From Flavobacteriaceae bacterium UBA3339 (GTDB lineage: Bacteria; Bacteroidota; Bacteroidia; Flavobacteriales; Flavobacteriaceae), in contig DERN01000001.1 in NCBI GenBank assembly GCA_002360925.1, positions 7,806 to 71,805 on the forward strand: a stretch of DNA of 64,000 nucleotides, written 5' to 3'. A program made the position numbers and the translations under genes. Of this stretch, positions 39,656 to 49,822 are shown piece after piece; position 1 is the first letter of the stretch; every line of letters starts with the position of its first letter. The notes below the pieces were generated by a model. The model was not told where the DNA came from, ran no database searches, and saw nothing but the letters and a program-made list of their open reading frames with translations.

Positions 39656-40777
39656 ATGGACGAAAGAAAAAGTGCGGAACATTTTTTAGATTTAATTCAA
39701 AAGGCACGCAGAGGTAAATTTAAACTTTATATAGGTATGAGCGCAGGTGTGGGTAAAACCTACCGAATGTTGCAAGAAGCGCATACCCTTTTACGAAATG
39801 GTATAGACGTAAAAATTGGTTACGTAGAAACGCATAATCGGGAAGAAACACATGCTTTGTTAGAAGGTTTACCTGTAATTCCTCGTAGAAAATTATTTTA
39901 TAAAGGAAAGGAATTAGAGGAATTCGATTTACAAGCTGTACTTAACTTGCGTCCGGAAATTGTAATTATTGACGAGTTAGCGCATACCAATATTGAAGGA
40001 AGTGAAAACGATAAACGCTGGCAAGATGTGATAGATGTTTTGGATGCCGGAATTAATGTTATAAGCGCAGTGAACATTCAACATATCGAAAGTTTAAATG
40101 CCGAAATAAAAGAGATTACAGGGATTGATGTGCAAGAAAGAATTCCTGATAGTGTAGTAGCACAGGCAGATGAAGTAGTAAATATTGATTTAACTGCCGA
40201 AGATTTAATTGATCGATTAAAAGAAGGTAAAATTTACGATTTTTCGAAAGTAGCAGCTGCTTTAAACAATTTTTTTAAAAGCGAACATATTCTGCAATTA
40301 AGAGAATTGGCATTAAAAGAAGTAGCCTCGCAAGTGCAACGAAAAGTAGAAACCGAATTGGTTTTACCGCGAAATGTTAAAAAAGATCGTTTTTTAGCTT
40401 GTATCAGTTCCAATGAAATTACAGCGAAAAAAGTCATTCGTAAAACAGCTCGTTTAGCTAATTATTACAACAGTAAGTGGTACGTCATGTATGTACAAAC
40501 ACCCAAAGAAGCATCGCATAAAATAGCATTAGATAAACAGCGATATCTGATTAATAATTTTAAATTAGCTACTGAACTTGGAGCCGAAATCATTAAAGTA
40601 AAATCTAAAAACACAACAAAAGCAATCATTAAAGAATGTGAAGAACGTAAAATAACAACCGTTTGCATCGGTAAACCTCATATTACATTGGCTAAAATAA
40701 TCTGGGCAACCGATACTTTTAATGCCTTATTGAATAAATTATCGAACGAAAATATTGATCTTGTAATATTGTCTTAA
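39656..40777 (+). CDS. kdpD: KdpD N-terminal sensor domain plus Usp domain (no kinase or TM part)
   Basis: YIGMSAGVGKTY, DELAHTN, KRWQDV, NIQHIESLN, LRELAL; Usp-like C-terminus. Confidence 0.92.
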   Translation: MDERKSAEHFLDLIQKARRGKFKLYIGMSAGVGKTYRMLQEAHTLLRNGIDVKIGYVETHNREETHALLEGLPVIPRRKLFYKGKELEEFDLQAVLNLRPEIVIIDELAHTNIEGSENDKRWQDVIDVLDAGINVISAVNIQHIESLNAEIKEITGIDVQERIPDSVVAQADEVVNIDLTAEDLIDRLKEGKIYDFSKVAAALNNFFKSEHILQLRELALKEVASQVQRKVETELVLPRNVKKDRFLACISSNEITAKKVIRKTARLANYYNSKWYVMYVQTPKEASHKIALDKQRYLINNFKLATELGAEIIKVKSKNTTKAIIKECEERKITTVCIGKPHITLAKIIWATDTFNALLNKLSNENIDLVILS

Positions 40778-40778
40778 G

Positions 40779-42503
40779 ATGAGAATTAAAGCAAAACTAA
40801 CTTTCGGAGTAGGATTACTTTTTTTACTGATTTTTGCATTAGCCGCTATTAGTGGCTGGTATGTAAATCAACTAAAAAAAGATACTAGCAATATTTTAGC
40901 TGCCAATTACAACACATTGCTTTATTCGAGAAATATGTTGTTAGCGTTAGAAGATTTGTCGACAGATAAAGTTGCAATCGAAACATTTCAAAAAAACATT
41001 AATCTGCAAAAGTTAAATGTTACGGAAATAGGCGAATTAGAAGCTACGAATCTAATCATTAAACATTTCGAACTTTTAAAAGAAAATCAGAACGATGTAA
41101 AACTTGTTTCATCTACCCGAAAAGATATTACCGAATTAATGCGGTTAAACATGGAGGCTATTAGTAGAAAAAGCAATATTGCAGATGATACTGCTCAAAG
41201 AGCCATTGTTATTATTTTGGTTACAGGAACTTTGTGTTTTTTAATTGCGTTTATTTTACTTGTAAACCTTCCTTCAAATATTGCAAATCCTATTAAAGAA
41301 CTTACCGAAAGTATCAAGGAAATTGCCGGACAGAACTATAAAAAACGTGTACATTTTGAAAGTCATAATGAATTTGGTGATTTGGCAAAATCATTTAATA
41401 CTATGGCAGAAAAGCTGGAAGAATATTCAGAGAGTAAATTAGACAAAATTTTAAAAGGTAAAAAACGAATCGAAACCTTAATCGATAATTTACACGATCC
41501 GGTTATTGGTATTGATGAAAACAAAAAAGTACTTTTTGCAAATGAAGAAGCTTTACATATTTCAGGTTTGAAAAAAGATGAGGTTATTGGAAAACCTATT
41601 CAGGATATAGCCGTTACAAACGATTTAATTCGAACTATTATTAAAGATATTTTTCTTCCGGAACAAGATTTAAAAGAAGAACCTTTAAAGATTTATGCAA
41701 ACCAGAAAGAAAGTTATTTCGAAAAAGAAGTAGTAAATATTAACATTATTCCTACAGGAGAAGAAGAAAGCGAATTTATAGGACAAGTCATTTTATTACG
41801 AAATATTACGCCGTTTAAAGAATTAGATTTAGCAAAAACTAACTTTATGGGTACCGTTTCGCACGAGTTTAAAACTCCTATTGCTTCTATACAAATGGGA
41901 ATTCAGTTGTTAGAGAACAATCAAATAGGAAGCTTAAACGACGAACAACACGAATTGGTAAAAGGAATAAAAGATGACACGAATCGTTTGTTAAAAATCA
42001 CTTCAGAGTTACTAAACATAACACAGGTCGAAAGTGGTTCTATCCAAATTAATCTAACACCTACAGCTATACAGCCAATTATAGATTATGCTATTAATGC
42101 AAATAAAGCGCTCGCCGATTTTAAAAATATTAAGTTAGAAGTAACGAATAATGTAAACGATTTAATTTATGCCGATAGCGAAAAAACCGCTTGGGTACTT
42201 ACTAATTTAATTTCGAATGCTATTCGTTATTCTTATGAAAATGCAAGCGTTATGATTCATGTTGAGAAAGAAAATGAAATGATCCAGTTTTCTGTAACAG
42301 ATAAAGGGCAGGGAATAGAACAACAGTATCTTACAAAAATATTTGAACGTTATTTTCGCATTCCGGGAACCAAAAAGGAAGGTACCGGTTTGGGATTAAG
42401 TATAAGCAAAGAATTTATTGAAGCGCAAAAAGGTGCTATTTGGGTAGAAAGTGAATACGGTTCCGGAAGCTCGTTTTATTTTACACTTAGCTCTCAAGTT
42501 TAA
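40779..42503 (+). CDS. HAMP/PAS sensor histidine kinase (partner of the split KdpD)
   Basis: Two TM helices, EFGDLAKSFN HAMP, PAS, VSHEFKTP, GTGLGL. Confidence 0.92.
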   Translation: MRIKAKLTFGVGLLFLLIFALAAISGWYVNQLKKDTSNILAANYNTLLYSRNMLLALEDLSTDKVAIETFQKNINLQKLNVTEIGELEATNLIIKHFELLKENQNDVKLVSSTRKDITELMRLNMEAISRKSNIADDTAQRAIVIILVTGTLCFLIAFILLVNLPSNIANPIKELTESIKEIAGQNYKKRVHFESHNEFGDLAKSFNTMAEKLEEYSESKLDKILKGKKRIETLIDNLHDPVIGIDENKKVLFANEEALHISGLKKDEVIGKPIQDIAVTNDLIRTIIKDIFLPEQDLKEEPLKIYANQKESYFEKEVVNINIIPTGEEESEFIGQVILLRNITPFKELDLAKTNFMGTVSHEFKTPIASIQMGIQLLENNQIGSLNDEQHELVKGIKDDTNRLLKITSELLNITQVESGSIQINLTPTAIQPIIDYAINANKALADFKNIKLEVTNNVNDLIYADSEKTAWVLTNLISNAIRYSYENASVMIHVEKENEMIQFSVTDKGQGIEQQYLTKIFERYFRIPGTKKEGTGLGLSISKEFIEAQKGAIWVESEYGSGSSFYFTLSSQV

Positions 42504-42618
42504 AAATTTATTATACTCATCTTTGTTTTTATATTATAGTGACTTATTAAAGTAAGAACTTTAAGTTATGTAAAACTGAGCTTTTTATAAGTAACTAAAA
42601 CACAATGAGTGTTTACAT

Positions 42619-43386
42619 CTATTCTTGTTTTTCTACTAAATATTTCCAATATCGTTTAGGTACATATTGCAAATGCAGTTTTATGTTTCGTCTTGCTTCA
42701 ATGTTGGTGCTTTTATAGTAACTTTTCCAAAGATTTTTAAAATGCTCATCTTTCTCATCTAATGTAATTACAGCGTCTGTTGTTAAAGCTTGCTTTTCTT
42801 GTGGCAATAGTGTTACTTCTTGTACTGTTTGTTTATTGTAAAGTAATCCATACGATCTTTTTGCATCATAAATAAGCCAACTTTGATCTGCATACCGATT
42901 CTTAAAAAAAGAAGCTATTAAAGGAAGTACATTAAAGTCGGGCTCAACAAGTGCAAAAAACATTCCGTCACTGGTTTTGCTGAATCGTACAAAAGCTTTC
43001 ATTCGATGGCGTTCTCTGCCTACTTTTTTTAATATTTGTGAAAAATACAATACTTGTTCATCTCCATAATTTTGAAGAATAGTTGGTTTTCCTGAAAACA
43101 ACTGACAGATAATATAAAAAGCCGCTGACCATGCTTTTCGGTCTTCTGAAAGAAAAACTCTGTAAAAATCCATTACTTTAGATTTTTCTAAATGTTTTTG
43201 CAATCCTGTTTGAACTCTTTTTGCTTTTACAAAATCAGTTATAATGGTTTTACTTGATCCAAATAGGGCGGTCTGTCCTCTATCGTCTCCTTCAGCAAAC
43301 AATTGCACTTTTGTATCCTTATATTCAAAATACTCGAATATGCAACACAGAAAACCATTATAAGTTCCGTCAAAAATATAATTCAT
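42619..43386 (-). CDS. TIGR03915/DUF4130 putative DNA repair protein
   Basis: YIFDGTYNGFL, RERHRMKAFVRF, EPDFNVLP, LWKSYYKS..I..R, PKRYWKYL. Confidence 0.9.
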   Translation of the reverse strand: MNYIFDGTYNGFLCCIFEYFEYKDTKVQLFAEGDDRGQTALFGSSKTIITDFVKAKRVQTGLQKHLEKSKVMDFYRVFLSEDRKAWSAAFYIICQLFSGKPTILQNYGDEQVLYFSQILKKVGRERHRMKAFVRFSKTSDGMFFALVEPDFNVLPLIASFFKNRYADQSWLIYDAKRSYGLLYNKQTVQEVTLLPQEKQALTTDAVITLDEKDEHFKNLWKSYYKSTNIEARRNIKLHLQYVPKRYWKYLVEKQE

Positions 43387-44642
43387 TAAAAAAGACTTAA
43401 CTGTGTATTAGAAAGGGATTTAATATGTTTATTAGAATTTTTTTCTAAAATAGTTTGTTTTACATATTCCATTGAAGGAGCTCCCAAAATGATCGGAGTG
43501 TCGGCACAAGTCATAAAAAAGCGCGCTCTATTAAAGGCAATTCCCATCTTTTTTACCTGATATTCATATAATCTTCCAAATTTACGAGATTGAATTATTT
43601 TCATAGCCGATTGTCTTCCAATTCCTGGAATTCTGATAATTTGTTTATAATCTGCTGTGTTGATATCTATTGGAAAAAATTGTGGGTTTCGCAATGCCCA
43701 ACTTAATTTCGGATCTATATCCAAATCTAGCTGTTGATGATTTGGATTTAAGATTTCCTCTAAATTAAAATCATAGAAACGCAATAGCCAATCGGTTTGA
43801 TATAATCGGTTTTCACGAACTAATGGCGGTCGGCTACCAACCTGTGGTAATAAAGTGTTTTCGGTATTTATTGGAATGTAACCGCTGTAATAAACTCTTT
43901 TTAACTTATAATCTTTATAAAAGGTTTTGGCAACATTCATAATTTCCATATCAGTTTCAGGAGTGGCGCCAATTACCATTTGTGTACTTTGTCCTGCCGG
44001 TACAAAACGTGGAGTATGTTTTATTAATTTTGATTCAGCCTTATATTCTTGAATTTGGCTTTGCACAAAAGCTAGCGGTTTTTTTACCGATTCATGATCT
44101 TTTTCAGGAGCAACCATTTTTAATCCAGCTTCGGTTGGTAATTCCAGATTAATACTCATTCGGTCTACATATAAACCAGCTTCTTTAATTAATTCCTCAC
44201 TGGCTCCGGGAATGGTTTTTAAATGAATATATCCATTGTATTTTTCTTCAAGCCGTAACTTTTTTACGATACGCATAAGACGTTCCATCGTAAAATCGGC
44301 ATTTTTAAAAATACCAGAACTTAAAAACAATCCTTCAATATAATTTCTACGATAAAAATTCATCGTTAAATCAACAACTTCTTCTACTGTAAAAGCAGCA
44401 CGTTTTACATCGTTACTTCTTCTACTTACACAAAAAGCACAATCGTAAATACAATGATTGGTCAATAGTATTTTTAATAGCGAAACACAGCGACCGTCTT
44501 CGGTATAGGTATGGCAAATTCCCGATGCAGAAGCATCTCCAATACCTCCCGAGTTTTTTCGGTTACTGCCACTAGAACTGCAACTTACATCATACTTTGC
44601 TGCATCGGCAAGTATTCTTAGTTTTTCTTCTATCCGTTCCAT
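43386..44642 (-). CDS. TIGR03916 putative DNA modification/repair radical SAM protein
   Basis: LADAAKYDVSC, GICH..DGRCVSLLK, CIYDCAFC, PAGQSTQM, RENRLYQ, HhH IRIPGIG. Confidence 0.93.
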   Translation of the reverse strand: MERIEEKLRILADAAKYDVSCSSSGSNRKNSGGIGDASASGICHTYTEDGRCVSLLKILLTNHCIYDCAFCVSRRSNDVKRAAFTVEEVVDLTMNFYRRNYIEGLFLSSGIFKNADFTMERLMRIVKKLRLEEKYNGYIHLKTIPGASEELIKEAGLYVDRMSINLELPTEAGLKMVAPEKDHESVKKPLAFVQSQIQEYKAESKLIKHTPRFVPAGQSTQMVIGATPETDMEIMNVAKTFYKDYKLKRVYYSGYIPINTENTLLPQVGSRPPLVRENRLYQTDWLLRFYDFNLEEILNPNHQQLDLDIDPKLSWALRNPQFFPIDINTADYKQIIRIPGIGRQSAMKIIQSRKFGRLYEYQVKKMGIAFNRARFFMTCADTPIILGAPSMEYVKQTILEKNSNKHIKSLSNTQLSLF

Positions 44643-45030
44643 AATCCATCTTAAAAAAACGAAATGTAAATTTCCTGAATTATTTTATTGAAATTTAATG
44701 GAAAGATGTTAAAGTTTAAATTTTCAATCTTCGTTATTTAATCTGTTAATATTGATTACTTTAAAAAAACTGCACATAAAACTGCACAATTTTCTGATTT
44801 TTATTATTGAAAAATGCGTGTAAAAAAATCAATTAACGTATATTTGAACTTAAAGTTCATTTTCTTGTTTGGTTGCCATTATAAGAAGTTTGATTCTTTA
44901 TAAACAACCTTAATAATTTAACTTTTAAAACTATATTTCTCAAGTAATGAGCTTAATCGAAAGCAAAGTATCGTTATTAAACAAATCAAATTCTTTAGAA
45001 TTTACTTCTAAAGGATTGAATACGATATTG

Positions 45031-45900
45031 ATGGGCTTTCATATATCAGGTTTTGCATTGAATGAATGCTTGAAAGACAAGGAAGAATCTTTAAAGGAGA
45101 TTTTAGGTTTAGAACTTGAATTTGAAAGGGAAATTAATTTCGAAACCGCTTTAGAGAATTGGAAAGATGAAGGTGTAATTGATGTTTATTTTGGAAAAGA
45201 ATTTACGTTGATATTTGTTCATGAAAATAGTTGTACTTTCAAGAACTGCTTTTATAATGAAGCTGATGTCTCAATATTTTCAGTACATGATATTTCATCG
45301 ACTTATGTTTTTGAACATCGACAAAATGAACTAATGATTAATGGAAATGAATCTCTAGAAATTGATTATACGGAAGATGATTGTTCCGAACGTATTTGGA
45401 ATGAAGTTTCTAAATTCATTGGTTATTCTTTTTGGAATATTGATCCTAGCGGATTTGCCATTCGGTTTTCAGTCAAAACACAAACATATAAATCAAACAA
45501 AAAGAACTCTTTTTCCCTTTTTAATTTTAGGAAAAATTCCTACTTGATTCCTTTCAATGAAAAAAATCTGAAAAACAAGTATTCAAAAAGTAAATTATTG
45601 AAGTTGTTCGACAAAATGATAAAGCATGCTCAGCGAAACTCTGTTAATGTTTTTTTACAGCCGAATTATTTTATAGGCTTACAAAAAACGTTCATGCTTA
45701 ATTTGATTGAAATAAAAAAAGCAATAACTCAATATGATGATCTTTTAATTCAAGTGAATCAAAAAATGCCTGCTAATACTTTTAGAATTATTGGAAATAT
45801 ACAGGAGGAACAAATAGACGAGAAAACGAAACTTGAGTTGTTTGCACTAATAAGCAGAATAGAACCTGTTTACGACAAAAGAAAATTTAAAATCTTATAA
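45031..45900 (+). CDS. Hypothetical protein
   Basis: Long ORF with no recognisable motif; start at 45031 (MGFHISG) or 44947. Confidence 0.6.
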   Translation: MGFHISGFALNECLKDKEESLKEILGLELEFEREINFETALENWKDEGVIDVYFGKEFTLIFVHENSCTFKNCFYNEADVSIFSVHDISSTYVFEHRQNELMINGNESLEIDYTEDDCSERIWNEVSKFIGYSFWNIDPSGFAIRFSVKTQTYKSNKKNSFSLFNFRKNSYLIPFNEKNLKNKYSKSKLLKLFDKMIKHAQRNSVNVFLQPNYFIGLQKTFMLNLIEIKKAITQYDDLLIQVNQKMPANTFRIIGNIQEEQIDEKTKLELFALISRIEPVYDKRKFKIL

Positions 45901-45910
45901 TTTACATTTT

Positions 45911-46531
45911 TTATTCTTCATCAGGTTTCCAATTTATTTCCTCCATTATTTGTTCAAAGGTGTAATTTCCTAGTTTAATAATTTCTCCGGTTTCATTTAT
46001 ATATCCATCGTTTTCACATACGATAGAGTAGTGGTTGCATCCATCTTCTGTTTCATGATTTCCCCATGGAACTTTTTCACATTTTTGTCCAATAATGGCT
46101 TTTCCGTTATGAAATGAAGTGGCAATTTCAAATTGTGGTTCTATAATAATGTGACCTTTTTCGTTTGCAAATCCAATTTTATTTTCATCATTTACAATTC
46201 TTATTTTGTTTTCAATCAAATAATCGGGGCTTGGTTCGCCAAAACTTGTATTATAAACATAAAATAAGGTGTTTTCATTAGCATCTATTGCTACCCAGCC
46301 CGATCTAGTATTATCTTTTTTACCAAAAACTGTAAAATATCCATACTCATCACCATTCCATGAGATATAATATTTTGCCGAGTCTAAAACTTTAATAGTT
46401 TGATTATATTCATCTACTAACGAATAAATATTCTTCCAATCGTTAGTTTCCTTTTCAATAACTTTGAATTTTATTTGAGCATTTGCTATTGAAATCAATA
46501 AGAATAATATTGTTGTTAAAAGAAGCTTCAT
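45911..46531 (-). CDS. WG-repeat secreted protein
   Basis: Signal peptide; KIGFANEKGHIIIEPQFE..F..GKA and GYINETG repeats. Confidence 0.78.
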   Translation of the reverse strand: MKLLLTTILFLLISIANAQIKFKVIEKETNDWKNIYSLVDEYNQTIKVLDSAKYYISWNGDEYGYFTVFGKKDNTRSGWVAIDANENTLFYVYNTSFGEPSPDYLIENKIRIVNDENKIGFANEKGHIIIEPQFEIATSFHNGKAIIGQKCEKVPWGNHETEDGCNHYSIVCENDGYINETGEIIKLGNYTFEQIMEEINWKPDEE

Positions 46532-46582
46532 TTAAGTGCAGTTTAATTTTAGAGTGTTAAAAAGGCAATATAAAGTATAATC

Positions 46583-47158
46583 TTAACTTTTAGATTTCAA
46601 AATTCTTTTTGCACAATCCGAAGCGCATATTAATCCGGCTCCCATCATAATTACATCTTTCAGAACCAATCGTCCAGCTCCCGACAAGTACGGAAAACCA
46701 TATTGTGGTGTAGGGAAGTCACCACCTAAATTGGGAACATAGACTTCGGGCGTGGTAATTAAAAAAGTTAACGTAACCAACGACATTCCAAAAGTAAGCA
46801 AACCGCCATATAATCCTATTTTGGCATTCCAAATCCCTATAAAAGTCAATATTCCTATCAATATAATCACAATGCCTAATCCATAAGCAAAAGTATAAGT
46901 TCCGTTTTCTACATGCCAATCTTTATTTTTTTGAACTGTTTTTCCTTCCGGATTTTTATATTCTTTATATTCGGGTGCGTCTTTCGTATAAAAAAATGAC
47001 ATCAACGGACTATTTGCAACAAAGGGAACAATTCCGTCTGCTTCATACTGAAAAGCTTTGAGCCCGCCAATCCAAACCATCACTATTAGAATCGAAACTC
47101 TTGTTAAATTGATAAATTGAGTTTGGCAATTTGCCAAAAATGAAATTAGTTTGTCCAT
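46583..47158 (-). CDS. DUF417 / YkgB (RclC-like) membrane protein
   Basis: WIGGLK..YEADGIVPFVANSP, TLTFLITTPE, GRLVLKD. Confidence 0.88.
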   Translation of the reverse strand: MDKLISFLANCQTQFINLTRVSILIVMVWIGGLKAFQYEADGIVPFVANSPLMSFFYTKDAPEYKEYKNPEGKTVQKNKDWHVENGTYTFAYGLGIVIILIGILTFIGIWNAKIGLYGGLLTFGMSLVTLTFLITTPEVYVPNLGGDFPTPQYGFPYLSGAGRLVLKDVIMMGAGLICASDCAKRILKSKS

Positions 47159-47247
47159 ATCCACTTTGTTTTAATCTTCTTTTTAGAAACTATAAATTTA
47201 GTATTTAAAATTAAATGCTGATACGGATTAATAAATTCAGACTTTAT

Positions 47248-47772
47248 TTATTTTCTGTAACTTTCAAATGAAACTTCTATTTGTTTTAAATGGTGTAAAG
47301 GATGATACGACATTAGATAAAACATTTCACGTATAGTCAACTTTCCTAGCAACGGATGCGGAATTGAGAACAAATCCAATTCTTCTTCTGAATAATTATT
47401 CAAATGAAAGGTAATGGTTTCGATATGATTTTTAATATCACGAATAATTTGCTCTTTTTCTTCAAACAAAATTACAGGATTTGGTACAAATTGTTGAGGA
47501 GCTTGTCTGTTGGTTTTTAAATAGTTATTCAAAACGGTTTCGTAGTTCCAAGACGATCGATCTAATGTTCCAAATTTTTCGGACAGATAATTTTTAGAAG
47601 GTAAAATTTTCGGAAATGGAGTTAATGTAAGTAATACATGTTTTAATTGTTGCCCGGCAGACCATTTGTTATCGTTTGCGTAAATGAATTTTTCAATGTC
47701 TAAACCATCAATATATTGTGTAAATGTTTGGTGGTTGTTTTTAAAGGCCTTTAGTAATTCTTGCTTTTCCAT
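47248..47772 (-). CDS. DinB/YfiT-family protein
   Basis: KWSAGQQLKH, PHPLLGKLTIRE, HPLHH. Confidence 0.85.
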   Translation of the reverse strand: MEKQELLKAFKNNHQTFTQYIDGLDIEKFIYANDNKWSAGQQLKHVLLTLTPFPKILPSKNYLSEKFGTLDRSSWNYETVLNNYLKTNRQAPQQFVPNPVILFEEKEQIIRDIKNHIETITFHLNNYSEEELDLFSIPHPLLGKLTIREMFYLMSYHPLHHLKQIEVSFESYRK

Positions 47773-47828
47773 GAGAAATATTTTTTACTAAGTACGGAAG
47801 TTTAAAAAAACAAAACAATGAACCTTTG

Positions 47829-48386
47829 TTAAGAAATTTGTTTCCTAATTCTGCTTAATGCTTGTGGTGTAATTCCGATATAAGAAGCCAAAAATTTAAG
47901 TGGTACTTTTTCTATAAAATGCGGTTTGTTCTTTAAAAGATATAAATAAATATCTTTTGAAGATGATTTTAAAAGCTGAATCTCTCTTATTGTTTTATTG
48001 CGAAGTTCTTCTTCTAAATGTACTTTTTGGGTAGTTGCACAAAGTTTAGATTCTAAAAACAATCTTCTTACTTCATCCATACTTACATACCATAAAATTC
48101 CATTGTTTATTGGCTCATAGATAAATTCACTTTCAATTTCTTTATTGGGTTTTATACAAAAAATATCTCCTTCGAAATAAAAATCGACAGAAATATCCTG
48201 ATTTATTTCTTTTCCCGATTCCATTATATATTTTCTGACTGTTCCCTGCTCGAGAAAACAAAGAATATCGTTTGGAAGAGTTGTCTTTTTAGTAAATTTT
48301 AAAAGAGAAAGTTTGTTCCAAATTTCTGCATAATCGTTTATCGGATATTTTTTTGAGAATATGTTTTTATCAATTTCAATTGCCAC
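47829..48386 (-). CDS. Crp/Fnr-family regulator
   Basis: LASYIGITPQALSRIRK HTH; cNMP-like N-terminal domain. Confidence 0.85.
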   Translation of the reverse strand: MAIEIDKNIFSKKYPINDYAEIWNKLSLLKFTKKTTLPNDILCFLEQGTVRKYIMESGKEINQDISVDFYFEGDIFCIKPNKEIESEFIYEPINNGILWYVSMDEVRRLFLESKLCATTQKVHLEEELRNKTIREIQLLKSSSKDIYLYLLKNKPHFIEKVPLKFLASYIGITPQALSRIRKQIS

Positions 48387-48660
48387 TCGTTGTATTATTA
48401 ATAAGATTTTAGGTTATACGTAAAGCTTTTTTATTTTTTACTAAATTATAAAAAAACTAAATAAAACCTTATTTCGTAAATATTGTTTTTGCAGATTTAC
48501 TTAAATATTGGAAATGATAATATTGATAAACATAAGAACCTTACAGCTAGTTTAATAAACATTTAAGATCTAATTCAAGATAAAACAATAGATTTATACT
48601 TCTAAATATTTGTGTATAGTTCTAAATAGCCGAATTATTACTTAAAAATAGATATATCTT

Positions 48661-49692
48661 ATGAAAAAAATCCTATCAATTACTTTTTTGTTTCTTAGTT
48701 TATTAAGCTTTGGGCAAAACGTAAAAACAGAACTAGAAACCTTTGTACCTCAAAAATCGCATTATTCGTTTGTTACACTTACTTTTAATGTGCCTGCATT
48801 TGATCGGAAACTGAAGGTAGATAGCGTTTCTTTTGAAGGTAGTTTAATTGTACCTAAAACAGGTTTTGATAAAATAGTTATTATAAAACCAGGAACAGGT
48901 TACAACACCCGAAATACACATAGTTATTTAGCCGAAGCTTTATTAGATAATAATATTGCTGTTTTTAGATATGATGAACGAAATGTTGGGAATTCTAAAG
49001 GAACAGGTGGCGGAGATATGCTCTATTCTGCAACGATGATGGGAGCAGAGTTGGCTTCTGCCTTTAACCATCTTAAAAAGCAATCTTTACTAAAAGGAAA
49101 AAAGTTTGGGATTATAGGGTACAGCATTGGAGGCGTAGCTTTAACCGATGCTTTAAAGTACCACATCGATCCCGATTTCTTAGTTCTTTTATCTGCTCCT
49201 GTACTTTCTGGAAAACAAATATTTTTGTATCAGTTACAACACAACGAAAATGGGTTTTGCGATTATTTTATCTATGATACACTTCAAGAAAAAGAAAAAG
49301 TGTGCAATGAGCTGATTGACTTTTATATTGCCAATCACGATACTAAAAATTTCTGGAAATTATATAAGATAAAAATGAAAGAGATAGGATATTCTAAAAA
49401 AAGATACACTACTAAATTTCCTTTTTTAATGGGACGGGTAGAACGAGACTTAGCAATAAAAGATAACAGTGATTTGCTAAAAAATATAAAGGTGCCTCTT
49501 TTTTATATGATTGGGAGCAAAGATGTACTTGTTGAACCTATTGCAAATGTAAAACTTCTTAAAAACTTTAATAATCAATATATAGACACAATTATTTTAG
49601 AAGGAGAAAATCACTTTTTTGCAGACGGAGAAAGTTATGAAATGCATAACGAAGCAAAACAAAAAATAGTAGATTGGATTTTAAAGCAATAA
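48661..49692 (+). CDS. Secreted alpha/beta hydrolase
   Basis: RYDERNVGNS, GYSIGG nucleophile elbow, GSKD, NHFF. Confidence 0.85.
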   Translation: MKKILSITFLFLSLLSFGQNVKTELETFVPQKSHYSFVTLTFNVPAFDRKLKVDSVSFEGSLIVPKTGFDKIVIIKPGTGYNTRNTHSYLAEALLDNNIAVFRYDERNVGNSKGTGGGDMLYSATMMGAELASAFNHLKKQSLLKGKKFGIIGYSIGGVALTDALKYHIDPDFLVLLSAPVLSGKQIFLYQLQHNENGFCDYFIYDTLQEKEKVCNELIDFYIANHDTKNFWKLYKIKMKEIGYSKKRYTTKFPFLMGRVERDLAIKDNSDLLKNIKVPLFYMIGSKDVLVEPIANVKLLKNFNNQYIDTIILEGENHFFADGESYEMHNEAKQKIVDWILKQ

Positions 49693-49822
49693 CCAAACCT
49701 GATCGAAATAAAAAAACATCAGCATATAATTAGAGTTGTTAAATTGAATTATTATATTTTAATGTGTTTGGTCTGGTAATGTACTCTTTTTTTCTATTTT
49801 TGGTTTTCTAAAAATTCTAAAG

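Noticed and set aside
44643..44760. SOS/LexA-type box upstream of the radical SAM gene
   Set aside because: No convincing palindrome; only partial matches expected by chance in AT-rich DNA.
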